A stretch of DNA of 55,216 bases from assembly GCA_038046385.1 (NCBI GenBank), contig JBBSWH010000012.1, positions 1 through 55,216 of the forward strand, written 5' to 3'. Position numbers and translations under genes: made by a program. Of the stretch, positions 45,901-51,788 are shown one piece after another (position 1 is the first letter of the stretch; every line of letters begins with the position of its first letter). The stretch is from Nanobdellota archaeon. GTDB lineage: Archaea > Nanobdellota > Nanobdellia > Woesearchaeales > GW2011-AR4. The notes beneath the pieces were generated by a model. It ran no database searches. It worked only from the letters and a program-made list of their open reading frames with translations, and had not been told where the DNA came from.

Positions 45901-47185
45901 TTATCTGCAGCAATTCATTTTGCTTCATTGTGTAGTTTGGCAAATCAGCCAATAAGATTGGAGGCTGGCTGCTCTCCAGCTGCAAAACAGTGTAAGTCAG
46001 ATTGTTCAAAATTATCCTTCCGCTTTCCAGCTCTACAACTATCCTGTAATCGCTCTGGTTTATTCCCGGAAGGATGCACGTTTCATCGCATTCATTGTTG
46101 AACTCAATCAACCCTTCTTCCCTGAATTCTGCGCTTAAATTGCCCCAGCCGCTGTAAACGATTTCATCTGCATCAGCATAGATTATCTGCGCGCTTACAA
46201 TGTTGTTGTAAGTCGCTCCAAGCGAGTTGTACGATAAGTACAAATTGTCATCCCATGAACTGCTTTGCGGCAACAATCCAATCAATGCACAGCATTCGCT
46301 GTTGCCGCTGCATGACCTTGTTACTGAATCGGAATCCGTGCTGTAAACTTCCCACTTTGTGCATGCCTTGGCTTTGTCAGCATCCCATCCGAATATTGTG
46401 TCTTTTACAGAGAAGTCTATGACGTTTGTAGTAAATTCCTTTCCGTCATTATCTTCGTCGTAGAACGAGTTTTCATTATACTTTAAGTTTATATTAATTG
46501 ATTTTATTATCGAATCGTTAACCAATGCTGTTTCGTTTATTGTTGTTTCATTGGTTTGAGTTTTGTTTATTATCTGAGTTGTTTCATTACTTTGAGTTTC
46601 ATTAATTATTGAAATTGTTTCATTGATTATTGTTTCAGTTATTTCAATCGTTTCATTTTCATTAATTATCGGAGTTTCTTCAGTTATTGTTTCATCAGGC
46701 TCATTTATTTCAATTGCTTCAGTTTCATCAATAGGAATAATTTCTTCATTTTCATTTGGAGTTGTTTCATTTATTAAATCATTATTTATTGTTTCATTTT
46801 CTATTGAAGTTTCATCATTTATTATTTCATTTCCGTTCTCGTCAACAACGAATCCGGTTATGATGTTGCCGGATTCCTGCTTTAAAGTGTCAAACACAAG
46901 ATACATCGTTCCGCCGCTTTCAAGATAGATTTTTGCGGCTGTATTATTGTCCATCGCTCCGGATATTCTGAAGCTTTTCAATGCGCCGCTGTTTTGCTTT
47001 TGCCATTCATATCCGGAGCTTGAAGTGAAATCCTTGCCTACATTTTCAGCATACACATTCTCCTTTTCCCTGGCGACAAAACCGGTGAAAAGCGGCTGCG
47101 CTACAGAATATATGAGCATGATTATTATTACAGAAAACATTGCAATCCATGCATTGTCCGCAATTATGTTTTTTCTTCTCTTCAT
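33992..47185 (-). CDS. Giant surface protein (~4397 aa): N-terminal TM, many Ig-like domains, two inserted propeller modules and a WNLISLP-type C-terminal region
   Basis: Uninterrupted 13.2-kb ORF; start at 47185 gives an ATGA overlap with the upstream HTH gene. NET low-complexity tract, DxDxNG Ca-binding-like loops, recurrent WNVxCxDxAGN, and very many sequons. Confidence 0.88.
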   Translation of the reverse strand: MKRRKNIIADNAWIAMFSVIIIMLIYSVAQPLFTGFVAREKENVYAENVGKDFTSSSGYEWQKQNSGALKSFRISGAMDNNTAAKIYLESGGTMYLVFDTLKQESGNIITGFVVDENGNEIINDETSIENETINNDLINETTPNENEEIIPIDETEAIEINEPDETITEETPIINENETIEITETIINETISIINETQSNETTQIINKTQTNETTINETALVNDSIIKSININLKYNENSFYDEDNDGKEFTTNVIDFSVKDTIFGWDADKAKACTKWEVYSTDSDSVTRSCSGNSECCALIGLLPQSSSWDDNLYLSYNSLGATYNNIVSAQIIYADADEIVYSGWGNLSAEFREEGLIEFNNECDETCILPGINQSDYRIVVELESGRIILNNLTYTVLQLESSQPPILLADLPNYTMKQNELLQINLSNYFQDPENDLLEYGYYKSAENISVAISGEMMDITPGTDFVGTAYMFITANDSESPVSSNIFEVRVEKSGFENNITQLEAEIGKPVKWLKQVSFENEKENASISVPEEAFNITIEKVDSGKKYEINKTTAKVSHRGQVKKLDEYDAGREIEIIGRKLAREKDDGKKYQLEARIEKLKSAANESSPSSDLSSLNSSEANITIGEKIKEAIVQFDTEAPEKEEETLSDSRKLVKIISDLHYENVLAYTSIAEVPEPAIKLYWLKNGERELFRNVTYIDADGNGLIERIEWVVPHLSNQTFEVELNVIDLQSYPTVGGTWAVRFNTSGTANLTISASNGTTYAEKETDSLMTANDLDVLELKCGDNVLFDYGNSIIESNVYLIDGSGQKIKINDTIGQETPIESVFVEDYNCDNKTALWTVKVLTPGKHTQRFDFGNFTGYANNYALQGLVFVDNTDLDFKQGTLDKVNISGIGNEANVTLNYTTISTMMTQKAYNLSGNFTSRIFNTTQRHAVFDRIAWESSLPNSSDVMGIAVDDADNLAAAFYRNGSFGVDSAQADLVSSVDFTGALNRYTLPAGWSYDDIACVAVDDDATNLVYLSLINGSFSSAASTFGADIAFLAGNGVNTIPANFNMSDVVGCSIDTGAGDSALFFRNRSMVSNTGDEVPPVAFGSVFAYTLPASLMPGDILGFAVDNTANDLAAFFINRSTAFNGGSAGFAADKAMTGGTADAAYNPAGEFYVNVTESTNITLQTRISNDTIAWTPWSSIYIDYDGSQSVEWNVGKYIQYKAVLTTRDKYITPYLENISINYSLDFVQPSVNSSINNTSPKIGEVINFTANISDNSELSFCQFIDNQTNGAKRFFNVSVSGQSDKCSQNFTIFLGKGNVINFSLIVNDSYNSKNQTDFVVTVINSPPVCSAGTLNNTAPFTNDVINQSGCAYSDADNDPQGTSEYIWFRNNAEIAGETSGTLNLALAGNGDRGDTVNASERPFDGFDFGGWVNVSQFAVVQNFIPNSAILAPASDLYTNQQPIQLNVTFEADIDNDAISILYYVNGRLNQTSSVNTTFNASDGYYILNVSLSDGLNSSANSTVNFTIDTQSPSVSLTGPLNDTYNTSGMLQMSYIPTDININFCTFFTNFSGIWKANQTESPSEGITSFFNTTINNEGLFVWNVFCNDTAGNFGYNATNFTIMIDVNNPRVAFAEPTPLNNTNLSSATQIFNVTHSDNNPHTLIFSLNDSIANQTMGYGTEIFTNLTKTGLSGAYSFYFWANDSAGRNNQTETRTVNIDPFPPVVFPEGPRNNTWNSSIIQLFSYNVSDDFLGTKNCSLLMSLPSGQPYANVSNGSLTGTFASSGGSIENITKPNDNSIWFVGTTGESIVDASVNTTFNLSNVDRSIVKDLLFDVRYCHTGAADAECDGTAPLGGAVVEAHQNLTVYNFSNNKWVSLGTLNNTATKGTNGNLERKMFNINGDARDFVNTTSNQVKVGIKARFTAIGPGETIYLTLDFVNITADTRVVTNTSITENAHQNFSANLNSGIYNWNVQCADYAGSQNASETQVIKIDKTFPTILNQSINMTEVLVNSKICFNVTINDTFSSIKYVYAEIDRPDSGLTNFSMTNDTTDPNSCGGFGGNVWSYARLVTEEGSANWTAVYAEDFAGNINLSQSPNLNWTQKTVIFINSTLVYPLSDFVINESDLGRNYTFYMACNATCSEESQAPCSDVTIFPQYADATLGIWNNINNFSSELTGYTMNKSCGALVQGQDCNATFAVRTSFDSGNSNITLRCKAKGTNTPNDYSPQIPNATINDHPEAVFTYPQDTQHLRGIVIFNFSDSFDDRNISMYLLEYDDSPLFASPSTICATNESNCSFNTITQEGFSQCAEDSDSCFARLNTTDSDSLLNSTTIQIRIDNTMPAVRLNEPANKTYSQFSNVLFGYTAFDAGLSDCALYTNETGMFGEREVTYAVASGVDEFIVRSFGDLTIEWNIGCNDSAGNFNFNSTNFTLAIDTRIPKINFTNPTAPNNTYIVSDYILVNVSVNESNFANITFYLYNSSFDLVNETNFTADSQSFFINFSRLANANEVYYYNVTARDMALLENSTETRKITLDSTILRINFTEPTESNNTYAAQNYTFINVTINETNFANATFYLYNSEFALVNETNITSEDMPANLSFNFTSLADGRYYYNVTARDRVSFENSTETRQIILDNLEPVVRLNAPANNTLYPNTTVFFNFTAFEPNARNCTLYGNFTSVFMENISNTSIVSGANTILAMNASDGTYIWNVRCYDLLERDAFNSTNFTVRIDLLAPADFNLSMPANSTESSNQSPALNWTEAYDENFLNYTVLVDNSEDFSSADFAYMLAGSPANNSLNATDNLAVNREWFWKVIAYDMFNRSTDSDGYFKYVVDNSAPQVTPLNPANHSYENRSLVTFSFNVTDQFTVANCSLIINGSVNSVSGMITKNVSNSISTNLNNGDYDWRINCTDRAGNTNESVFYNITIDAPPLLPHSFVDTTDVDFGLGLLYRANVTGSGNPANVTLNYTTISTMETYKTYNLSGNFTSRVFDTGANNTALSYISWSSSLPNSSDVMGIAVDDADNLAAAFYRNGSFGVDSAQADLVSSVDFTGALNRYTLPAGWSYDDIACVAVDDDATNLVYLSLINGSFSSAASTFGADIAFLAGNGVNTIPANFNMSDVVGCSIDTGAGDSALFFRNRSMVSNTGDEVPPVAFGSVFAYTLPASLMPGDILGFAVDNTANDLAAFFINRSTAFNGGSAGFAADKAMTGGTADAAYNPAGEFYVNVTESTNITLQTRVSNNSNMWSDWSGIYNAPEIPLVQTVARYVQYKSILTTSDKYITPYLENVSINYTDLAAPEINFTNPTPANGSLIGSDTIFINTSIYDGHSIADCILEFDNANESMPLRRNGQSANCFISKEMLAEGAHHYRVYANDTWGNMGSSEARNLTVDLTAPSITLDSVTPVEVYNFNNVSLFLTITDNYFLNETFIEGNWSNIFRNNSLMNSAGDTFNFTIYSGNLSGGNLVYYRFYANDSAGNLMVTQWYNFTVINSVGNVSITNPIYDTSRYLNETIFVNATLTAVNGSVSSCRMNISNQTGLVAITPVNISVGNFTNGSTSVSVGWVLNGTIEGTYIVNVTSNCSEGVGVIVSSPFIEITPTLANLSEFHYAERKTINGATYFHMAAETGVNWWVNNSEEVVNFNSTAPGDSRFKNSWLIIINGTTAFDFGNVTWDFQRTGVNNESNYTFVQFVGRVLDQSLLVNYTKIAYSNSKYDNITFNVRNIGSKNISNVELKWIFKDFNISNDNDADILRIVNSSSEGENYTMESSSIRYNLSRFGSYTSYFTDSDSESKGIVYWEPEVTVNGIKEQIANFTFETGGSFNVNMTFTLGNISAGGMKGLDPGAGLATPGNIRRTSNIANMEASEAGTAYTDVTVPLTDNNFATQNFMEARSGVNVRVLNIVNNTDPAPFDQIFIRVRVDSMGQTPYYTAVYAYNNDNVTINTALNANKTFKNTDVNTWVNVNITNVAHLQDGFGHLRVRFTPNGSSVGANLRLTFDELAFNLTDMTPPAPMLISPVNDFNTTSNELMFNFTVTDRVDMNITCNFTIDRLINLTNLNITNGTYVNFTFVNLSGGAHRWNVTCWDDSGNINTSQARNFTIVQAVTAFNATLAGDNESILLDWNDITYADRFNVYMIDRYDEPFSATPNFTVSTDSNYTDTNAANKTARFYRVSVVKGNVNATSNRTVGKFEFELVNNSNALSDWNLISLPLNITNFGLFNGSNNGSDLRVKPLGCIKTLWVYNTTSASFMRTNYNGSAWFPASGSKNFTSLEIGKGYWAEVNISCNLTIVGEVPTSNSTLDLGVGWNVVGWYSPNASKLIQNSFTPYPLVVSPANSIRAMDRYNVTGDKFEVTSHYFVSGKDYWIPSASNRNFVRMDPTQGYYLDVTATSTWRHKPNYEKS
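37506..38167. repeat. 662-bp intragenic direct repeat, copy A
   Basis: By eye identical to 43668-44329 (offset 6162, in frame). The identical antisense ORFs at 37770 and 43932 corroborate this. Confidence 0.95.
43668..44329. repeat. 662-bp intragenic direct repeat, copy B
   Basis: Identical to 37506-38167; flanking codons are homologous but diverged. Confidence 0.95.
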
Positions 47186-47691
47186 TTTCCTGATTTCTTT
47201 TTTGATCTCTGGTAGCATGCCCAGACTGATTTTGGATTTTTATCCAGCAGCCTTGCTGCCTGGCTTATTTTAAGATGCGAATTTTCAACAAGATATTTTG
47301 ACAGTGACTCAAGAGGGCCAAGCTTTTTTTCAGTGAAGACAGAAACAGGAATCCAGCGGCTCTGGCCTGCGATGGAAAAAGATTCTTTTTTCTTTTTTGC
47401 AGCTTTGTTGTACGTCGTCCACACAACTCTGTCGTCTCTTTTCAGGATAACCGCGATTTTGTGGTAAGCCATCCCATAATCTTCCTTCAGATGCTTTGTA
47501 AGCGCTTCAAGAATTCCAAGCTTCTTTTCCCTGAAGATATACGTCGGAATAAGGAGTTTTTCTTCTTTCTTTTTTAGCAGCTCAAGAACTTCGTTGAATG
47601 GCGTGCTGTATTTTTCAGACACACCTTTGATAAAAACTCCTGCAAGGTCAAGATTCTCTTCCATTGCTTGTGTATCGTCCTGGTGCTTCAT
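47182..47691 (-). CDS. Tandem-HTH DNA-binding protein
   Basis: Two internal repeats IPxxxF.EKKLGxLExLxKxLxE...IAxxLxRDxRxxW.xY. Translationally coupled to the giant gene. Confidence 0.8.
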   Translation of the reverse strand: MKHQDDTQAMEENLDLAGVFIKGVSEKYSTPFNEVLELLKKKEEKLLIPTYIFREKKLGILEALTKHLKEDYGMAYHKIAVILKRDDRVVWTTYNKAAKKKKESFSIAGQSRWIPVSVFTEKKLGPLESLSKYLVENSHLKISQAARLLDKNPKSVWACYQRSKKKSGK

Positions 47692-47704
47692 CTAATCTCC
47701 TGGC

Positions 47705-47720
47705 TATTGGTATACCAATA
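47705..47720. promoter_or_regulatory. Perfect 16-bp palindromic operator TATTGGTATACCAATA
   Basis: Lies between the TATA box (TTTATATATAAA, about 47738-47749) and the HTH start at 47691. Confidence 0.65.
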
Positions 47721-47982
47721 TGTATATTAAAATGGAATTTATATATAAACTTATCTATTTTTACATATCTACATAGTATAAATTACATATTCTATTAGAA
47801 ATAATACATATTTTAGTGGATAAAAAATAATGGATTTAATATATAAAAACGCGCTGAAAACCAATTAGACCAAGTTAACTTAATTGAGCAAAATACAAAA
47901 GGAATCAAGAAGAATTAAAACCAAAGTAACTTCAAAAATATTTTAAAATAAATCAAAAAAGAATTAATTCTAAAAACCCTGC

Positions 47983-50685
47983 CTAAAACATCGGCTTCAG
48001 ATGGCTTATCCTTCTGTGCAGATGGGCGCATCTCTGGTAAATCTCTGCTTTTGCCTCTTTTGGCAGGTTTTTGTAAATGTAATCTATCTTTGGGTACAGC
48101 TTTACAGCTTCTGAATGCGCGCTTCCGTCAATGTGCTCGTGCGCCTTGTCAATAAGGGCGTTAAGGAATACAACATTGTTGTTGTAGCTGTTGCCTATTG
48201 AAGCATTTTTGAATCCCTGCGTTTCAAGCTTGTTGTTTAGCTTAACAAACAATGGGAGTAATTTGTCGCTTACAGCCCCTTTAGAGTCTTTTATGTGGAG
48301 GTATATCTCGTTAAGCAGCCTTGTTGAATCCATGTCATTAACCTGCAGGCTGTTGCTTTCAATCAAAGAGTTTCTGTTTCCTATTTCCGGAAGTCCCGGA
48401 AGATCATGATGCTCATCAGTGCCCTCTCCATCATAACTGCTTCTTTTGAAAGACCTTGCAGCGCCTTTTATTGCATACCTGTAGTTCTTCACATAAAGAA
48501 AGTAATATCCTGAAAGCATTATTATTGAAAGCATTCCACCCCATATGAAAACAGACTGCGATGTGCTTAAGTCAAATGACCCGAATATCGAATTGCCGGT
48601 TACCTTGTTTATTTCAACCATCTGATTTGGGCTTATCAGCACAACAGACTTGGAATTTTTGACATCGTCTGCGCTGATGCGCTTGCTGAGATGGTACTCT
48701 ATGGTTTCCCCGTTGAAATCAAATTTAAGGAATCCGAATTTTATTATTGGATCCTCTTCCAGCACATTGTAATTCTGCGTTATAAACTCTATTTCATCGT
48801 ATCTCTCTGCAATTGATTTTGGGATTGTTTCTATCACAAGCACATCATTCAAGGCTTCCGGGTTTTCATAGGTGAGCTTTTTCTTCACAATGCTCTTTTC
48901 TTTCTTGTCTCCGTTCAGGTATTCTATTGATATAACCCTTACAGACACGCTAACCTTGATTTTATCTTTCTCTTTCTGGTTCTTTTTTAGGTATTCACTT
49001 TTTTCTTCAGGAGTGAATGCAATGCTCTTCATCACTTCATTGACTGCGTTTTCTACATCCTGCGGGCTTGTGCTCTGGATGAACTCGCTTTTTTCAAGCA
49101 GCATCACATTTTTAGGGACTGTGTTTTCTATTTTCTTAACTTCAAGGTCAATTGAATTTATTCTGTCTTCAAGCTCGCTTCTTGTTGCATATTCATCCTT
49201 AAGCCCCTCTGCCCTTGCAGACAAGTCTTCAAGTTTTGCCCTTGCAGCCTGCAATTGCTCTTTCACTTTGAACTCATCAAGAAGCGCTTTCTTTTCAGCG
49301 TCTTCTGCCTCAATCTTTACCAGTATGTCGCTTATGTCTATCAGCGTCTTATCAATTGTTTTTATGTAATTGCTGACAATCGGCACAAGGTTTGGGGGAA
49401 GGACTTTCGGAGTTGTATCCTGCGTGACTGAAGATTGCGGCAATTGCGATGAAACAACTGCACTGTTCACAGAAGTTGCATACACTTCTTCTGACAATGG
49501 CCCTTCGTTTCCTGCATTGTCAACAGCGCTTATCCTGTAATAGTATGTTGCCTTGTTGACATTGGATTCATCAAGAAAATTTCTGCTTTCATTTTCTGAC
49601 TTTTCGTAGAAATCAACGTAATTAACTCCTGCAGATGTTGATCTGTACACATTAAAGTAATTTGCGTCTTCTCCGTCATAATACCAGCTTAATTCTATGT
49701 CTCCGTTGGAGTTTGATGCTGCTTTTACGCTTTGCGCAGAAACCGGCTTTAAAGTGTCAACAACAAATATGCTGTCGCTTGTTATCTTGTTTCCTGTGTT
49801 GCCTGCGCTGTCCAATGCTGAAAAATAAAATGTTCCGACTTTGTTGTTGTCAGCTTCTGTTATTATCAGATATCCTTTCCACGACGAACCTGAGCCTGTC
49901 AGTGAAATCTGCTTCTTCGTGCTTGGAGCGTCATTGTATGCGTACTCTAATGTTGGAGTATTATCTATATTTTCAGATGTTGTGACTGTAACTTCTATTG
50001 TCCCTGCTTTTACCGGGCTTTTGTCGCTTAATTTTATTGACGCACTTGGAGGCAAATCCACGGTGAATTTTATCACTCTTGGCTCATTCATTGTAAATCC
50101 GTTTGCATCAGTGCATCTTACGAAATACGAATGCTCTCCTTCGCTCAAGCCCGTTAATGTCTGGTTATTCCAAATTGAGTTTGTGTTTGCAAAAGTGCTT
50201 GACATGTTTCCATAAGATGTGTTCCCGCTGTCGTACTTGCAGGTTGCAATCTCGCTTGTTTTAACTATCAAAATTTGAGTGTCCTTGTTTAATGTTCCAG
50301 ACGGGGATGATAAAAATACTTTAGGGATTGAGCTGTTCACAGTTCCTGTTTTGTTGTAAACCGCTAAAACATCCCCTGAAGAATTTGCAACGCTTGCATA
50401 AATCGAATAATCTCCTGCCGCAGATCCTTTAACATTCCAGCTGTAGTTGTAGTGATCTCCAACAAAATTTCCGTTGCTGAACGGAACAGAAACTATTGTG
50501 GAGTTTATGTTAGTGTACAAAATTGTGACTGTTCCGCTGAAATTTACGGAGTTTATTGAGAAATTTACGCTTGCTGTTTCTGCTTCTATAATGTATTGCG
50601 GTGAATCAACGGCTATTGATGCTGCATTTATTATTGGCAGGGCTATCAGGAACATTACTAAATATTGTAATAGTTTCTTTTTCAT
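47983..50685 (-). CDS. Surface protein (900 aa): Ig/FN3-like domains, coiled region, TM and cytoplasmic tail
   Basis: Signal peptide; FN3-like LSW..YFNVYRS..YYYRISAVDNAGNEGPLS; TM VFIWGGMLSIIMLSGYYFL. Confidence 0.85.
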   Translation of the reverse strand: MKKKLLQYLVMFLIALPIINAASIAVDSPQYIIEAETASVNFSINSVNFSGTVTILYTNINSTIVSVPFSNGNFVGDHYNYSWNVKGSAAGDYSIYASVANSSGDVLAVYNKTGTVNSSIPKVFLSSPSGTLNKDTQILIVKTSEIATCKYDSGNTSYGNMSSTFANTNSIWNNQTLTGLSEGEHSYFVRCTDANGFTMNEPRVIKFTVDLPPSASIKLSDKSPVKAGTIEVTVTTSENIDNTPTLEYAYNDAPSTKKQISLTGSGSSWKGYLIITEADNNKVGTFYFSALDSAGNTGNKITSDSIFVVDTLKPVSAQSVKAASNSNGDIELSWYYDGEDANYFNVYRSTSAGVNYVDFYEKSENESRNFLDESNVNKATYYYRISAVDNAGNEGPLSEEVYATSVNSAVVSSQLPQSSVTQDTTPKVLPPNLVPIVSNYIKTIDKTLIDISDILVKIEAEDAEKKALLDEFKVKEQLQAARAKLEDLSARAEGLKDEYATRSELEDRINSIDLEVKKIENTVPKNVMLLEKSEFIQSTSPQDVENAVNEVMKSIAFTPEEKSEYLKKNQKEKDKIKVSVSVRVISIEYLNGDKKEKSIVKKKLTYENPEALNDVLVIETIPKSIAERYDEIEFITQNYNVLEEDPIIKFGFLKFDFNGETIEYHLSKRISADDVKNSKSVVLISPNQMVEINKVTGNSIFGSFDLSTSQSVFIWGGMLSIIMLSGYYFLYVKNYRYAIKGAARSFKRSSYDGEGTDEHHDLPGLPEIGNRNSLIESNSLQVNDMDSTRLLNEIYLHIKDSKGAVSDKLLPLFVKLNNKLETQGFKNASIGNSYNNNVVFLNALIDKAHEHIDGSAHSEAVKLYPKIDYIYKNLPKEAKAEIYQRCAHLHRRISHLKPMF

Positions 50686-50879
50686 TTTAGAAACTCCTTC
50701 AGCATATCTTTGTTTTTTTCAACAGCTTCCTCTATTGCCTGCTCAAGGAATTTGTTTAATGGAATCTTTTTCAATGTAGAAATTATCTTGGCCTGTACGT
50801 GAATTTTCTCCTTCAAGCCTATATTTACCCTGGTTTCAGCCGCAGACTCAGCTTCTTTTTGTGGTGTTTTAGACGACAT
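50682..50879 (-). CDS. Small RHH-like DNA-binding protein
   Basis: TRVNIGLKEKIHVQAKIIS..PLNKFLEQAIEEAV. Its stop overlaps the start of the 900-aa gene (ATGA). Confidence 0.75.
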   Translation of the reverse strand: MSSKTPQKEAESAAETRVNIGLKEKIHVQAKIISTLKKIPLNKFLEQAIEEAVEKNKDMLKEFLK

Positions 50880-51069
50880 TTTCCGACTTAATATACCTTT
50901 TTGTATACTAAATGACTTATATGATACAACTTATTTAAATATCTTTCTATTTTTAATCATAAAAATACTTTTATGATTATTTTCATATATAGAAATGGTT
51001 AGTTACTATATGGAAAAGAAATAATACCAAAATAAACATTATGTCCAAATTTAAGAATATAGAACTAAA

Positions 51070-51564
51070 TCAAAGATTAATCCTATTCCCAATCAAAGGA
51101 TCAAGATGCTCGACAACTTCATGCGTAGCATGGTCTTTGAAGACAACAATGGAAGAAGAGCATCTTAAAGCGCCGACCTCAAGCAGTAAGTTTGTCATCA
51201 TCTGCTTCAATGGAAGGTGATTGTGCTTTACAATCAATGCAGACAAAGAATCAAGCAATATCGTGTCTACCTTCTCATCTATTATCAGATTTTTCAAAAA
51301 CAAATAAACATTGAATAAATCATTTATAGGAAGAACGTAAGTCCGGTCACTTAAAACCTGCTTTTCTGTTATGCTGCCGCTTGCGTCAATCACAATGAAT
51401 TTCTCGTTGCTTACGTTTGCATTCTCAAGCATCTTTATTATTATGTGATAAGGGTCATTAAATGATATATAGCACGGATTATTGTGCTTGCTTGACAAAT
51501 CAGAAACAATCGCATGCATGTGCTCCTTGAATTCTAAAGGATTTACAAATAACAAAGTGTGCAT
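51070..51564 (-). CDS. Inactivated KaiC/RecA-like domain protein (third paralog)
   Basis: CYISFNDPY, KFIVIDAS and ILLDSLSAL; no Walker A. Confidence 0.7.
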   Translation of the reverse strand: MHTLLFVNPLEFKEHMHAIVSDLSSKHNNPCYISFNDPYHIIIKMLENANVSNEKFIVIDASGSITEKQVLSDRTYVLPINDLFNVYLFLKNLIIDEKVDTILLDSLSALIVKHNHLPLKQMMTNLLLEVGALRCSSSIVVFKDHATHEVVEHLDPLIGNRINL

Positions 51565-51607
51565 AAGGTATACTATTCTAAAGTAGTATAAATAATTGTT
51601 GGTTTCA

Positions 51608-51756
51608 GCAAAACATTTTTTAAAATGTAAGTTTTGCCCAGATTAGCATCGGCTCAGGTTATCTGCAAAATTAGATTAGCTGACATCCCCGTAAGGGACT
51701 TCCCTCTGTCAGCTTGGATGTACAAATAAAACACCTTCGCAATTTGATGCTAATCT
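51608..51756. ncRNA. Candidate structured RNA/DNA element (nested stems)
   Basis: AGATTAGCATC(51640-50)/GATGCTAATCT(51746-56); AGCTGACA(51678-85)/TGTCAGCT(51707-14); CCC-GTAA-GGG GNRA hairpin; upstream GCAAAAC/GTTTTGC stem. Confidence 0.35.
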
Positions 51757-51788
51757 TTGTTTTCAAAAAATTATGTTTCAAATAAAAT

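Noticed and set aside
8734-47218. ORF-track starts at 10035, 11089, 14956, 29342 and 47218
   Set aside because: They overlap upstream genes. Downstream ATGs (9948, 11074, ~14938, 29399, 47185) give proper signal peptides or family N-termini and tight coupling.
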